Of a stretch of 53,713 nt of DNA, positions 43,307-51,872 are shown piece by piece. Origin of the DNA: a virus (taxonomy: Duplodnaviria > Caudoviricetes); the IMG/VR virus record IMGVR_UViG_3300036852_000233, positions 1 through 53,713 of that record; one strand, written 5' to 3'. Below the pieces are notes generated by a model. That model was not told where the DNA came from, did no database searches, and worked only from the letters and a program-made list of their open reading frames with translations. Made by a program: the position numbers and the translations under genes. How positions within the stretch are numbered: the first letter of the stretch is position 1; each line of letters opens with the position of its first letter.

Positions 43307-44303
43307 CAGTGGCCTCCTCGAAAAGACTCTCGTACGCGCGTTCCCACATCCTCCAGTGTTCCTGGATCGTCCACCCCGCCGCCTGCTCCTTCGCCGCCGC
43401 GCCCAGCTCCGCCCGCGCATCAGGGTCGTTGACGAGCTCGGTCAGCCGCGCCTCGAACTCCTCCGGCCCGTCGACGAGGTAGCCGGTCTTCCCGTCGATC
43501 ACATAGTCCGAATAGGGCAGGTGGTTGGCCGCGACGATCGGGATGCCGAGCGCGCCCATCTCCAACGCACGGATCGCGCTTTTGCTGCGGTTGAACGGCA
43601 CATCCGCCGACGGGGCGACCGCGATGTCGAAGTCGATCTGCTTGTAGTACTCGCCGACGTCGGCCTGCCACGGCGTCCACCGGCAGGTCCGCTGCACCAG
43701 CGGGGAGAAGTCGAACCCCATCCAGTGCATCTCCACAGCCGGATGCCGCTCGAGCACTGCGCGGAGCGGGTCGGCGACCGTCACCATGTCCACCAGATGA
43801 GAGGTGCCACCCGCCCACCCGACCGTCAGCTGGTCCCGCCGCGGCCGCTGCAGGTCCAGCAGCCCAGCCTTGATGCAGTTGGGAAGCACGACCACGTTCG
43901 GGTTGTAGGGGCGGACCTGCTCCGCCAGGTACGGCGTGGACGCGGTCACCAGGTCGACCAGCCGCAGACACCGCCGGATCGACGCGCGGGTCTGCTCGTC
44001 GTACAGGTGCGGCAATCCGCTGGGTTCGGCCTGGAGCATGTCGTCGTCGATCTCGTAGACCAGCTTCACCTTCCCGACGATCCGCTCCAGCTGCCGCGTG
44101 CCGGTCCGCCCTGCGGGGCGCTGCAGCGCCAGCACGTCGAGCTGGCCGACATCCTCGGGGGTGATCGGCGGCTGCGGACCGGGAGGTGCCATCCCGGCGA
44201 TGTGGTGGGAGTTGGCACCCAGATGCTTGAACGGGAGGAAGAACCGGTAGTAGCCGCTGCCGTCTGGGGCGTGCGCGATCCCGCCGATGACCAGGGTCCG
44301 CAT
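43263..44303 (-). CDS. Glycosyltransferase (GT-B/GT4-like)
   Basis: GSGYYR...VYEIDD...VGWAGG.SH...FNRSKS.IRALE.GALG.P. Confidence 0.88.
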   Translation of the reverse strand: MRTLVIGGIAHAPDGSGYYRFFLPFKHLGANSHHIAGMAPPGPQPPITPEDVGQLDVLALQRPAGRTGTRQLERIVGKVKLVYEIDDDMLQAEPSGLPHLYDEQTRASIRRCLRLVDLVTASTPYLAEQVRPYNPNVVVLPNCIKAGLLDLQRPRRDQLTVGWAGGTSHLVDMVTVADPLRAVLERHPAVEMHWMGFDFSPLVQRTCRWTPWQADVGEYYKQIDFDIAVAPSADVPFNRSKSAIRALEMGALGIPIVAANHLPYSDYVIDGKTGYLVDGPEEFEARLTELVNDPDARAELGAAAKEQAAGWTIQEHWRMWERAYESLFEEATGGTQGEDGADPAGQ

Positions 44304-44878
44304 CAGGCCGGCACCTCCGCGGGCTGGTAGCACAGCGCGCCGATGCCACCCCACGTCGGCGGGTCGGTGATGAACTCCTCCGTCTCCGCGCCTTCGCGGA
44401 CCTGCAGCCAGAACCGGCCTACCTGCACCTCCGGCATCCTCGGGTGGTTGCAGATGTCGTGCAGGGCGATCACCCCACCCGGACGGACCAGCGGGGAGTA
44501 CAGCTCGAAATCGCGTTTCACCCCGTTGTAGGTGTGGTCCGCGTCGATGAACAGGAAGTCCACCTCATCGCCGTCCAGCAGTTTCACAAGCTGGTCGTAG
44601 GTCGCCTGCTCGTGGGAGTTGCCGATGACCACCTCGGCGCCATGGCGCTGCAGCGGCTTCCCGGAATGGAACCCCGCACGGGGCAGCTCCACCCCCAGCA
44701 GCCGCTGCGGTTCCAGCTGCCGCCACGCCCACAGGGTGCCGCCGGCATCACAGCCGACCTCCACGATCACCTTCGGTTCCAGCTCCAGCAGGACAGCGAG
44801 CAGCCCGGCGAGCTCCGCCTCCTTCTGGAGGGCGTTGTGCTGCTGGATGGCGGCCCGGGCAACAGTCAGTGGATGCAA
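44303..44878 (-). CDS. Class I SAM methyltransferase (Methyltransf_24-like)
   Basis: IVEVGCDAGGT; LFIDADHTY.GV..DF...VRPGG.I.LHD. Confidence 0.88.
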   Translation of the reverse strand: MHPLTVARAAIQQHNALQKEAELAGLLAVLLELEPKVIVEVGCDAGGTLWAWRQLEPQRLLGVELPRAGFHSGKPLQRHGAEVVIGNSHEQATYDQLVKLLDGDEVDFLFIDADHTYNGVKRDFELYSPLVRPGGVIALHDICNHPRMPEVQVGRFWLQVREGAETEEFITDPPTWGGIGALCYQPAEVPA

Positions 44879-44894
44879 GTTGGCCTCCCATGTA

Positions 44895-44932
44895 GTCGGG
44901 CCGGCTGGACATGGGATGCCAGCCGGCCCGAC
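44895..44932 (-). terminator. Hairpin after capsid gene
   Basis: GTCGGGCCGGCTGG-N10-CCAGCCGGCCCGAC. Confidence 0.65.
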
Positions 44933-44951
44933 GGCCGTTGTTGGGATGGGG

Positions 44952-46445
44952 TCAGGAGATTGTCAGGTATCGGAATGCTGCGGTAGTCGAGATGGTTGTC
45001 CCGGTCCTCCAGAACATGTACCATCCTGCCTGACCTGTCGGTATTGAGCCGGCTGTCCCTTTCACCATGGGTTCGTACAGCATCGAGACACCGACGCGGT
45101 CCGCGATGATGAACTGCTGCCAGTCGCCGAACAGGAGCGTCATCGAGCCAGTGCCGGTGGCGCCGGAGGCGCCGGTCATGGTGGCGTTCATGTCGCTGGC
45201 TTCGTAGATGCCCTTGCCGAGCAACTGCTCCGGCGTGTCCGACCCGAAGTTCGCCCAGAACGCGGAACCGCCGTACTGGTCAAGCGCGCGGACCTTGTTG
45301 ATGGCGACGATGTTGGCGATCCACCCGACGTTCGCGCTGTTGCGGAAGCGGGGTGGAAGGGCGGCCTGGAGGTTGTAGACGTCGGGGATGGCGGCGGTGC
45401 CGTTGAAAGCGGTGCCGGTCGCGCTGGGGGCGACCCGGGAGCCGGTGCCGAGCGCGGCGGCGATGCCGAGGGGGACGGCGGTGCCTGAGCCGGTGGTGAA
45501 CGAGCCGGACTCGAGCCGGTCCCGGGCGTCGGCAAGCAGGCCAGGAAGCTGGGTCCCGAAGTCCGTGTCGTCCAGGGCCTCATACGACCCAAACACCCAC
45601 GCAACGCCCTTAACAGGCGTCACCTGGATCTGGCCGAGGGTCGGGGACGCGTCGGCGGCGCCCGTTCCCTCAGCGACCCACGCGGCGGTCACGCCAGCGG
45701 AGTTGACGCCCTGCCACGCGTTGCTGGTGGTCGTGACGCCTCGGGAGATCCGCCGGAACGGGTTCGCCGACGCGTTGTTGGTGAGCACGATCGTGGGGTC
45801 GAGCACGTACGGAAGGAGGTATCCGCCCGAAGCCGCCGTCAGGTTCATCGCGCGGAAGCGCTGCTCGCCGTCCTCGGGGCTCTCAAGGTAGGCGCGGAAC
45901 GCCTCCCGGTACTCCGGGGAGCCGGTGAGCAGGACGTGCCGCGCGATCCCCTGGCTGGTCTTCGCGCGGCGGGTCGCGGTCTCGGCGAAATCCTGGGGCA
46001 GCTCGTAGCGCTTGGCGTCGGTCTCGATCACGGTCTCCGCGCGGGAGCGGAGCTCCTCCGAGGACACCAGCCGCGACCGGACGCGGTCCATGTCTTCGAA
46101 CGGGTCGCGGTTGGACCTGGTGGTCTGCGCGGGGGCCTGCCGGGTCCGGGGGGCGCCGTCCTCGGTGTTGGCGGGATCCTGGCGGGCGCGCATGACCCGG
46201 TCGATATCGGCCATCCGGCGGCGCAGCGGCCCGGCACGCTCCTCGAGGGCGTCGTACTCCTGGATGAGGGTGCCCTGCCAGTTGACGTCGTCGTCGGTCG
46301 GCTCCGGGAGCGCGTCGATCGTGGACAGCTCCGCGCGGATGGCGTGCTGCCGCCCGTCGATCTCCTGCAGGGTCCGGTACATGTTCTGCCCCTGCGCCGG
46401 CTGGGGCTGCCGCTCCTGCGGCTGGGTGGTGGTGTCCTCAGGCAC
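44952..46445 (-). CDS. Major capsid protein (HK97 fold, N-terminal delta domain)
   Basis: GGYLLP..LDP, WVAEG, LFGDW..F.I.DR.G. Confidence 0.92.
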   Translation of the reverse strand: MPEDTTTQPQERQPQPAQGQNMYRTLQEIDGRQHAIRAELSTIDALPEPTDDDVNWQGTLIQEYDALEERAGPLRRRMADIDRVMRARQDPANTEDGAPRTRQAPAQTTRSNRDPFEDMDRVRSRLVSSEELRSRAETVIETDAKRYELPQDFAETATRRAKTSQGIARHVLLTGSPEYREAFRAYLESPEDGEQRFRAMNLTAASGGYLLPYVLDPTIVLTNNASANPFRRISRGVTTTSNAWQGVNSAGVTAAWVAEGTGAADASPTLGQIQVTPVKGVAWVFGSYEALDDTDFGTQLPGLLADARDRLESGSFTTGSGTAVPLGIAAALGTGSRVAPSATGTAFNGTAAIPDVYNLQAALPPRFRNSANVGWIANIVAINKVRALDQYGGSAFWANFGSDTPEQLLGKGIYEASDMNATMTGASGATGTGSMTLLFGDWQQFIIADRVGVSMLYEPMVKGTAGSIPTGQAGWYMFWRTGTTISTTAAFRYLTIS

Positions 46446-47538
46446 CGATCCGACCTCCTCCGTGCTTGATCAGGAACTTGGCCCGTTGGGCCTGAAGTTC
46501 CAGATGCGGGGGCCGACCGGAGCGCATCTCCCCACCCTGGGGGCGCGAGTCCTCGGCGACGAGTCCCGAACTGTCGGGAGCGTCGGCGGCTGGCGAGTCC
46601 AGCGGAGCGCCAGTCCGGATCATCAGGGCGAGCCGTTCACGCTCGTCCGGGTCAAGGCTACCGAGCAGGGAGGCGACCTGCTCGGCGCGGACACCGACGA
46701 TCTCGGCGCCCGCGTAGGCGGGGAACGGTGTCGGGCCGTACTCCCGCAGAGTCGCCTCCATCCGCCGGACCACCTGCAACTTCCCATCCCGTCCCGGCCG
46801 GAACCCCATGCGCGGGACCGGCGGGTCGCTGCGCAGGTACGCACCAGAGACGGAATAGGTGGTCAGCAGCCCCTCACGGATCCCCTCGAGGATCTGATCG
46901 CCGAGCTGGCCAGGGACGTACCGGGTCCGGGTGAACAGCCCACGAGGCTCCGGGCGGATCTCGATCGGCACGCCGACCGGCATGGAGTACAGGTCGCTGG
47001 GGGTCTTCCAGATCGTCATGCCGTGGTTGTAGAACACCCCGACCCGCCACGACTGCCGACCGCCAGCGGGGGCGGCGTCGGCGATGGCCCGGTTGTACAT
47101 GGTCCGGTCGTTGACCTCGCGGTAGTGGCCATCCTCGTCGCGGATCTCGGCTTCCTCGTCGAAGACGGTGGCGTACGCGTCGACGGTACGGCCGTCCCCG
47201 CCGGCGCGGATGGAGATGTCCTCGAGCGGGAAGCTGCGTGTGTATGCGGTCACTTTGCCGGTCCTCCCGTGTTCCTTCCCGCCTGACTTGGCTTTGAGCG
47301 CTTCCCACTCGGCGATCGCCGCGGCGGCCTTCGCGCGGGTCTCCGGCTTCACGTTCTCGCCGCCGGCGGCCCACCGCTTGCACTGGGAGATCGCGGTGGC
47401 GATCGCCTCCGACTCGGGCATGCCCCGCTCGTGGATCAGGTCGTTGGCGATGTGCTGGATGAACGCAGGGAGCTGGACGCCCTTGTGGTGCCACAGCCCC
47501 TGCTGCGTGTGGCCGACCTTCTCGTGTGCGAGGGCCAT
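46438..47538 (-). CDS. Prohead maturation protease (HK97 family) with N-terminal extension
   Basis: YATVFD, FYNHG, YSVSG, LREYGPTPFPAY.GA. Confidence 0.88.
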   Translation of the reverse strand: MALAHEKVGHTQQGLWHHKGVQLPAFIQHIANDLIHERGMPESEAIATAISQCKRWAAGGENVKPETRAKAAAAIAEWEALKAKSGGKEHGRTGKVTAYTRSFPLEDISIRAGGDGRTVDAYATVFDEEAEIRDEDGHYREVNDRTMYNRAIADAAPAGGRQSWRVGVFYNHGMTIWKTPSDLYSMPVGVPIEIRPEPRGLFTRTRYVPGQLGDQILEGIREGLLTTYSVSGAYLRSDPPVPRMGFRPGRDGKLQVVRRMEATLREYGPTPFPAYAGAEIVGVRAEQVASLLGSLDPDERERLALMIRTGAPLDSPAADAPDSSGLVAEDSRPQGGEMRSGRPPHLELQAQRAKFLIKHGGGRIGA

Positions 47539-47664
47539 GCGTCCTCCTCAGGCAGGGTCTTCCGCCGGCCCGACGATGCAGATTCGTGACCTACCAGCTA
47601 TGGCGGACAACGACGGTTAGTGACATGCTGTGACCACAAGTAGTCTTTCGGGAAAGGAACCCCG

Positions 47665-48300
47665 ATGCTCACCGTCAAGCGCCTACTCATCGCCGGCGCC
47701 ACCATCGCCATCGTTGCCGGGATAGCCGCCTGCTCCAGCTCAGCCAAGACGGATGCCGCCGCAATCCCCGTTGTGACCCCGGCATCCCGCGGCGGCCCCG
47801 TCGGGTTCCCCGACGAGGGGATCACGACCACGACCGCCCCACACATCACCGTCCCAGCACTGCACCTCGGCGACACCGTCAACCTCGCCGTCATCAACGT
47901 CCCCGCCGGCGACACCGGCGCCGAAGCACCACGGTTCGCAGTAGACCCGTCCAAGCCGACCGCCGGACGACTGCAAGCCGCCCGGGTCAAGACCACCCGC
48001 GGCAGCGACTACGACACCCCCGAACGCGGCCTCTACCTCGGCGTGTACATGAAGGCCCAGTCCGTCCACGGCACTGGCATCCCCGGCGGGCTCGGCTGGA
48101 ACCTCTACGTGGTCGTCAACGGCCACCACTACGACTCCACCATCGCCATCGACGGGTTCAAGCCTGATTTCGGCGACGTCTACCTGCACCCCGGCGAGAC
48201 CGACGAGGGCTGGTTCGTGTACGACGTGCCCGCCGCCCACGGCAAGATCGTCTTGACCGACGAGTTCAGCGACGAGCAGATCGCTACCTGGAGCTTCTGA
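47665..48300 (+). CDS. Lipoprotein, DUF4352-like beta-sandwich
   Basis: Lipobox IAAC; LHPGET.EGW.VYDVP. Confidence 0.75.
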   Translation: MLTVKRLLIAGATIAIVAGIAACSSSAKTDAAAIPVVTPASRGGPVGFPDEGITTTTAPHITVPALHLGDTVNLAVINVPAGDTGAEAPRFAVDPSKPTAGRLQAARVKTTRGSDYDTPERGLYLGVYMKAQSVHGTGIPGGLGWNLYVVVNGHHYDSTIAIDGFKPDFGDVYLHPGETDEGWFVYDVPAAHGKIVLTDEFSDEQIATWSF

Positions 48301-48476
48301 TGTCCGAGCTCCTCACCATCAAAGAGGCTGGTGCGTACCTCAAGGTCTCCGTTGAGACACTCCGCAAGTGGCGCGCGCAGGGCCGCGGCCCCAAAGCCGT
48401 CAAGCTCGGCCGTCACCTGCGGTACCGGCCCGAGGACATCGACCAGTGGATCAAAGAGCAGGAAGGAGCACAGTAA
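48300..48476 (+). CDS. Excisionase/AlpA-like HTH protein (58 aa, not in ORF track)
   Basis: MSELLTIKEAGAYLKVSVETLRKWRAQGRGPKAVKLGRHLRYRPEDIDQWI. Confidence 0.88.
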   Translation: MSELLTIKEAGAYLKVSVETLRKWRAQGRGPKAVKLGRHLRYRPEDIDQWIKEQEGAQ

Positions 48477-48721
48477 TGCGCATCTACACAGGCAGGCACG
48501 GAACCCGCGTCAGCATGGGACCGTTCACCGCGCTGCTGGTCGGCATGTTCGTCTGGCCAGTCCAGATCATCTGGCACCTGTTCAAACTGATGGTCCCCAT
48601 CGCGATCGTGGTGCTGGCCGTGACCTGGCGGTTCAGCGTGTGGACGGTCCGGTGGACCATCGACGGTGGCAAGATCCTGTGGGACGAATTCCACCACCAC
48701 GACGAGGCGCGAGACCTGTGA
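48476..48721 (+). CDS. Small membrane protein
   Basis: AAGGAG RBS; TAATG coupling; hydrophobic core. Confidence 0.7.
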   Translation: MRIYTGRHGTRVSMGPFTALLVGMFVWPVQIIWHLFKLMVPIAIVVLAVTWRFSVWTVRWTIDGGKILWDEFHHHDEARDL

Positions 48722-48921
48722 TCATCAAGAGCCGCGCAGCCAAACTCACCGAGGTCGTGCCCGGCGCCCCGACCCGCTGCCCGAACTGTCACCACCGGGT
48801 CGGCACCCACTTCCAGGCGTTCTACAGCGGCGACCCCGAGCTCCCCGATACGGTGCGTCTCGAAGGCTGGCGGTGCACACGGTGCGGCACCGTCCATGAC
48901 ATCCCACCAAAGGAGGTGTGA
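48718..48921 (+). CDS. Small Zn-ribbon protein
   Basis: CPNC...WRCTRCG; GTGA coupling. Confidence 0.6.
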   Translation: MIIKSRAAKLTEVVPGAPTRCPNCHHRVGTHFQAFYSGDPELPDTVRLEGWRCTRCGTVHDIPPKEV

Positions 48922-48922
48922 G

Positions 48923-49054
48923 ATGTACTGCCCTGTTTGCCACATCAAGATGTACTGGTGCTTCGATGTTGGCTGGTACTGGTTCTGCATCCCATGTGGT
49001 CTCCGGTATGGAGACATCGACTGCAAACGTGGCGGAGGAGTGATCATGGCATGA
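48923..49054 (+). CDS. Small Cys/aromatic-rich Zn-ribbon peptide (43 aa)
   Basis: AAAGGAGG RBS; MYCPVC...WFCIPCG. Confidence 0.55.
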   Translation: MYCPVCHIKMYWCFDVGWYWFCIPCGLRYGDIDCKRGGGVIMA

Positions 49055-49263
49055 GAAAAACCGCGATTCCCTGGTCTGTCTCAAGCACCGGCGGAGACCC
49101 TGACCCGCACCCTGAGCCTCCACCCGACCCGTGGCCGGGCCCTCCGATCCCACCGCCGCAACCTTGGACCATCTCCACCACCGGTGGTGGTACCGACGCG
49201 CCACCGTGGGTGACCCCACCCAACTCGCCGCCGCTACCACCGCCACCGCCACCAGGCAAGTGA
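49051..49263 (+). CDS. Pro-rich peptide with two PW(S/T)(V/I)S(S/T)TGG motifs
   Basis: GGAGGAG RBS; ATGA coupling. Confidence 0.5.
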   Translation: MRKTAIPWSVSSTGGDPDPHPEPPPDPWPGPPIPPPQPWTISTTGGGTDAPPWVTPPNSPPLPPPPPPGK

Positions 49264-49266
49264 CGA

Positions 49267-50724
49267 CTAGGGCCGACGGAGTAGCGTGGGTGGCATCGGC
49301 CGCATCTGTTTGGGGGTCGGACCCTTCCCGTTCCCGGTCGGCGGCCCCGGCTTCTGGCTGGGTGCGGGCGGCTCCCCGCTCGGGTTCCCATCGGTGACCT
49401 TCCCCGACGCGGCGGCTGGCGCGTTGTACCGCTCCGTGGCGGTCTCCCGGCCGCTGATCCCCGGCGGTGGCGCGGACGGGGCCTCCTGCAGCTGGCTCAC
49501 GTCCCCGGTCTGCAACGCCGCCACCGAGCTCTCGCGGGTGTAGCCAGCCTGTACCAGGGTGAGCAGCGCGGCGGCGTTCACCTGCATCGTCTGCGCCCGC
49601 TCGGTCTCGCTGGCCCGCAGCGCCGCGATGTCGGCGGTGTCGAACCACAACCTGACCCCCGCCGGCGGCACGTTCGGGACGAGCTTCTGCAACGCCGCGC
49701 ATGCGGAGCGCCACAGCGGCCGCATCGTGATATCCCCAACCCGCCGCATCGCCTGCTCATAGGTCACCGCAGCCCGGCCAAGCGTCAACAGGCCGATCAG
49801 GATCGGGTCCACCCCGCTGGCGGAGCAGATCCGGTTCGCGCCGGCCTCCTGCGTGGACGCAAAACCCATCCGGTCCAGACTGTTGTCCAGCACGGTCGCG
49901 TCAGCGCCCTGGTCGAGCACGAACGTCTTGAACGCATTGGAGCCGCCGAACTTGGCGTGCATCCGCTCACCGATCGCGTCCACCGTGTCCGGCCGGAGCT
50001 TCTGCTGATACTTGAGCAGAAGGTTCGGCGCGGCCATGTTCTCCAGATAGGCGATCTTGTAGCTGGTCATCGCCGAGTCGGCCTGCGTGTCCCGCAGCAC
50101 CGGCGTGAGCCAGCTCATCCCACGGAAGTTCGCCCGAGGGTCCGGATACGGCGACCAGTGCGCGATCTCGTCGACAGTGAACGTCTGCGCCTGCTCCGAG
50201 CGGTTGTCGGTGCCGGGGGCGACGTTCTGGACCGGGGTCGGATCCCAATCATAGCCGACGATCTCACGGTAGTGCCCGCCAGGGACACGGACCTGCTGGC
50301 TGATGATCGTCACCTCGTCGGGGGGCAGACGGACCAGCCGGTCGTCGGCGGCCTTCCACAGGTAGCAGTTCCCCGCCAGGCTGAGGTCCTGCTCCATCCG
50401 GGCGAGCAGCTCACCGGTGGTGCAGTTCGGCCACGGCTCCTCCAAGATCTGCAGATCCTGGCTGCCGTAGGTGTGCTTGTCGACCAGCGACTGGAACACG
50501 AACCTGGCCTCGGAGAACAGCGCGAGGCGGATGAGGATGACCGCAAACACGGCCCCGTTGGACTGGTAGGCGTCCCTGGCCATCCCGACCAGGTTGGTGA
50601 TCGCCTTCTCCTTGCCAGGGTCACCGTAGTTGCCCATGTACACGGCGGCGCCGGAGGCCATGCCCTCCCAGAAGCCTTGGCGAAGGCTATAGCGATCGGC
50701 GAGTCGGTCAAGGAGGCGAGGCAC
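49267..50724 (-). CDS. Portal protein
   Basis: L.LAGN.Y, DEIAH, RG.SWL, Y..N.A.P; follows terminase. Confidence 0.9.
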   Translation of the reverse strand: MPRLLDRLADRYSLRQGFWEGMASGAAVYMGNYGDPGKEKAITNLVGMARDAYQSNGAVFAVILIRLALFSEARFVFQSLVDKHTYGSQDLQILEEPWPNCTTGELLARMEQDLSLAGNCYLWKAADDRLVRLPPDEVTIISQQVRVPGGHYREIVGYDWDPTPVQNVAPGTDNRSEQAQTFTVDEIAHWSPYPDPRANFRGMSWLTPVLRDTQADSAMTSYKIAYLENMAAPNLLLKYQQKLRPDTVDAIGERMHAKFGGSNAFKTFVLDQGADATVLDNSLDRMGFASTQEAGANRICSASGVDPILIGLLTLGRAAVTYEQAMRRVGDITMRPLWRSACAALQKLVPNVPPAGVRLWFDTADIAALRASETERAQTMQVNAAALLTLVQAGYTRESSVAALQTGDVSQLQEAPSAPPPGISGRETATERYNAPAAASGKVTDGNPSGEPPAPSQKPGPPTGNGKGPTPKQMRPMPPTLLRRP

Positions 50725-50938
50725 CGTCGGTCTTCTCCAGAATGTCGAGCGCGGTGCCCTGGTCGAGGATCAGGATCTTGATGTCCTCGCCGAGCTTGGC
50801 CTCGAGGTGCTCGCCGATCTCATGGGCGGTATCTGCGCGAAGGCGCTGCTTGAACCGGAAAACGAGAATGTCACCCGGCCGGATCGTCAGCCGACGGACC
50901 TCCTCAAGATCCTCCAGCAGCTCATCCAGCTTGCTCAT
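50708..50938 (-). CDS. Hypothetical protein
   Basis: GGAGG RBS; coupling. Confidence 0.65.
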   Translation of the reverse strand: MSKLDELLEDLEEVRRLTIRPGDILVFRFKQRLRADTAHEIGEHLEAKLGEDIKILILDQGTALDILEKTDGASPP

Positions 50939-51099
50939 CGCGCCCTCCGGTACCGCTCCAGCACGTCCTCATGGCTCGTCGGGACCGGCCGCCGCTCTGG
51001 TGCCTCCCGCAGCAACCCGTCCACCCCGATCAGCAAGCAGCCGACGATCAGCATGATCCCCAGCGCCACCCGGCTGATCAGCGCCGCACCACCCAGCAT
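50935..51099 (-). CDS. Small membrane protein (start uncertain, may extend upstream)
   Basis: Hydrophobic segments; pre-portal position. Confidence 0.55.
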   Translation of the reverse strand: MLGGAALISRVALGIMLIVGCLLIGVDGLLREAPERRPVPTSHEDVLERYRRAR

Positions 51100-51145
51100 T
51101 CCCCCAACCGCAAGCAGGATCTGGAACGTGGGGGTTCGGGCGCGG

Positions 51146-51367
51146 CTACTTGCCCTTCCGGCCGCCGCCCTTGCGTTTGCGGCCAGCAGCAGCCAGCTTC
51201 TGCATAGCCGCTTTCCCGTACTTCCTGTTCCCCGCGGCCGCGGCCACAGCGGCGGGATTTCTCGCGCCGGACTTTGCAGCACTGGCCTCCACCGCCTTGA
51301 AGTTCGCCCCCGACCCGAGCGGCGCCCCCGCTGCGGTGCCACCCTTCCGGCTCTTCCTGGTCGCCAC
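51146..51367 (-). CDS. Small basic protein
   Basis: LGSGANF...GARNPAAVAAAAG..KYG...M.K.AAAGR. Confidence 0.7.
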   Translation of the reverse strand: MATRKSRKGGTAAGAPLGSGANFKAVEASAAKSGARNPAAVAAAAGNRKYGKAAMQKLAAAGRKRKGGGRKGK

Positions 51368-51368
51368 G

Positions 51369-51578
51369 TCAGTACCCTCCCGCCTGCCGGCCACGGTCCG
51401 CCGACCCGTCCCCGACGTCGGCGTGGCCACCGACGACTTGGTGGCCGTTTGAGACGATGAACCGGTGCGCGTCGGCCTGCTGCGCATCCGCCTTCGACTT
51501 CGACGACGCCAACCCCGAACGCACCTCACTGGCGGTCTGCTGGAGTCCCGGGGCGAGCTGGCCGGTGTCCTGGCTCAC
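51369..51578 (-). CDS. Hypothetical protein
   Basis: GTGA coupling. Confidence 0.5.
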   Translation of the reverse strand: MSQDTGQLAPGLQQTASEVRSGLASSKSKADAQQADAHRFIVSNGHQVVGGHADVGDGSADRGRQAGGY

Positions 51579-51856
51579 CCGGACCCGCCCCCCTCCACGT
51601 CGTTGATCGCCAAGCCCGCATCCCACCCGAACATGTCCCCACCACCGCCGATCTGGTGGCCGGCCACGCCGGAACCCTGCGGGGACTGAATCAGTCCCGC
51701 CGCCTCGTTCTTCCGCCGGTTCGCGGCCGCCTCCGCCTGCCGCTTCGTCGAGGTGATCTGACCCGTCGCGTCCGGACCCGGCCGCGCGGTGTTCTGCTCA
51801 CCCGCCACCCCCACGTTCCCGTTGCGGGCCTGCTTCACGCTCGGATTGACCGCCAT
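51575..51856 (-). CDS. Hypothetical protein
   Basis: GGGAGG RBS. Confidence 0.6.
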   Translation of the reverse strand: MAVNPSVKQARNGNVGVAGEQNTARPGPDATGQITSTKRQAEAAANRRKNEAAGLIQSPQGSGVAGHQIGGGGDMFGWDAGLAINDVEGGGSG

Positions 51857-51872
51857 CCCAACCTCCCTGCCA

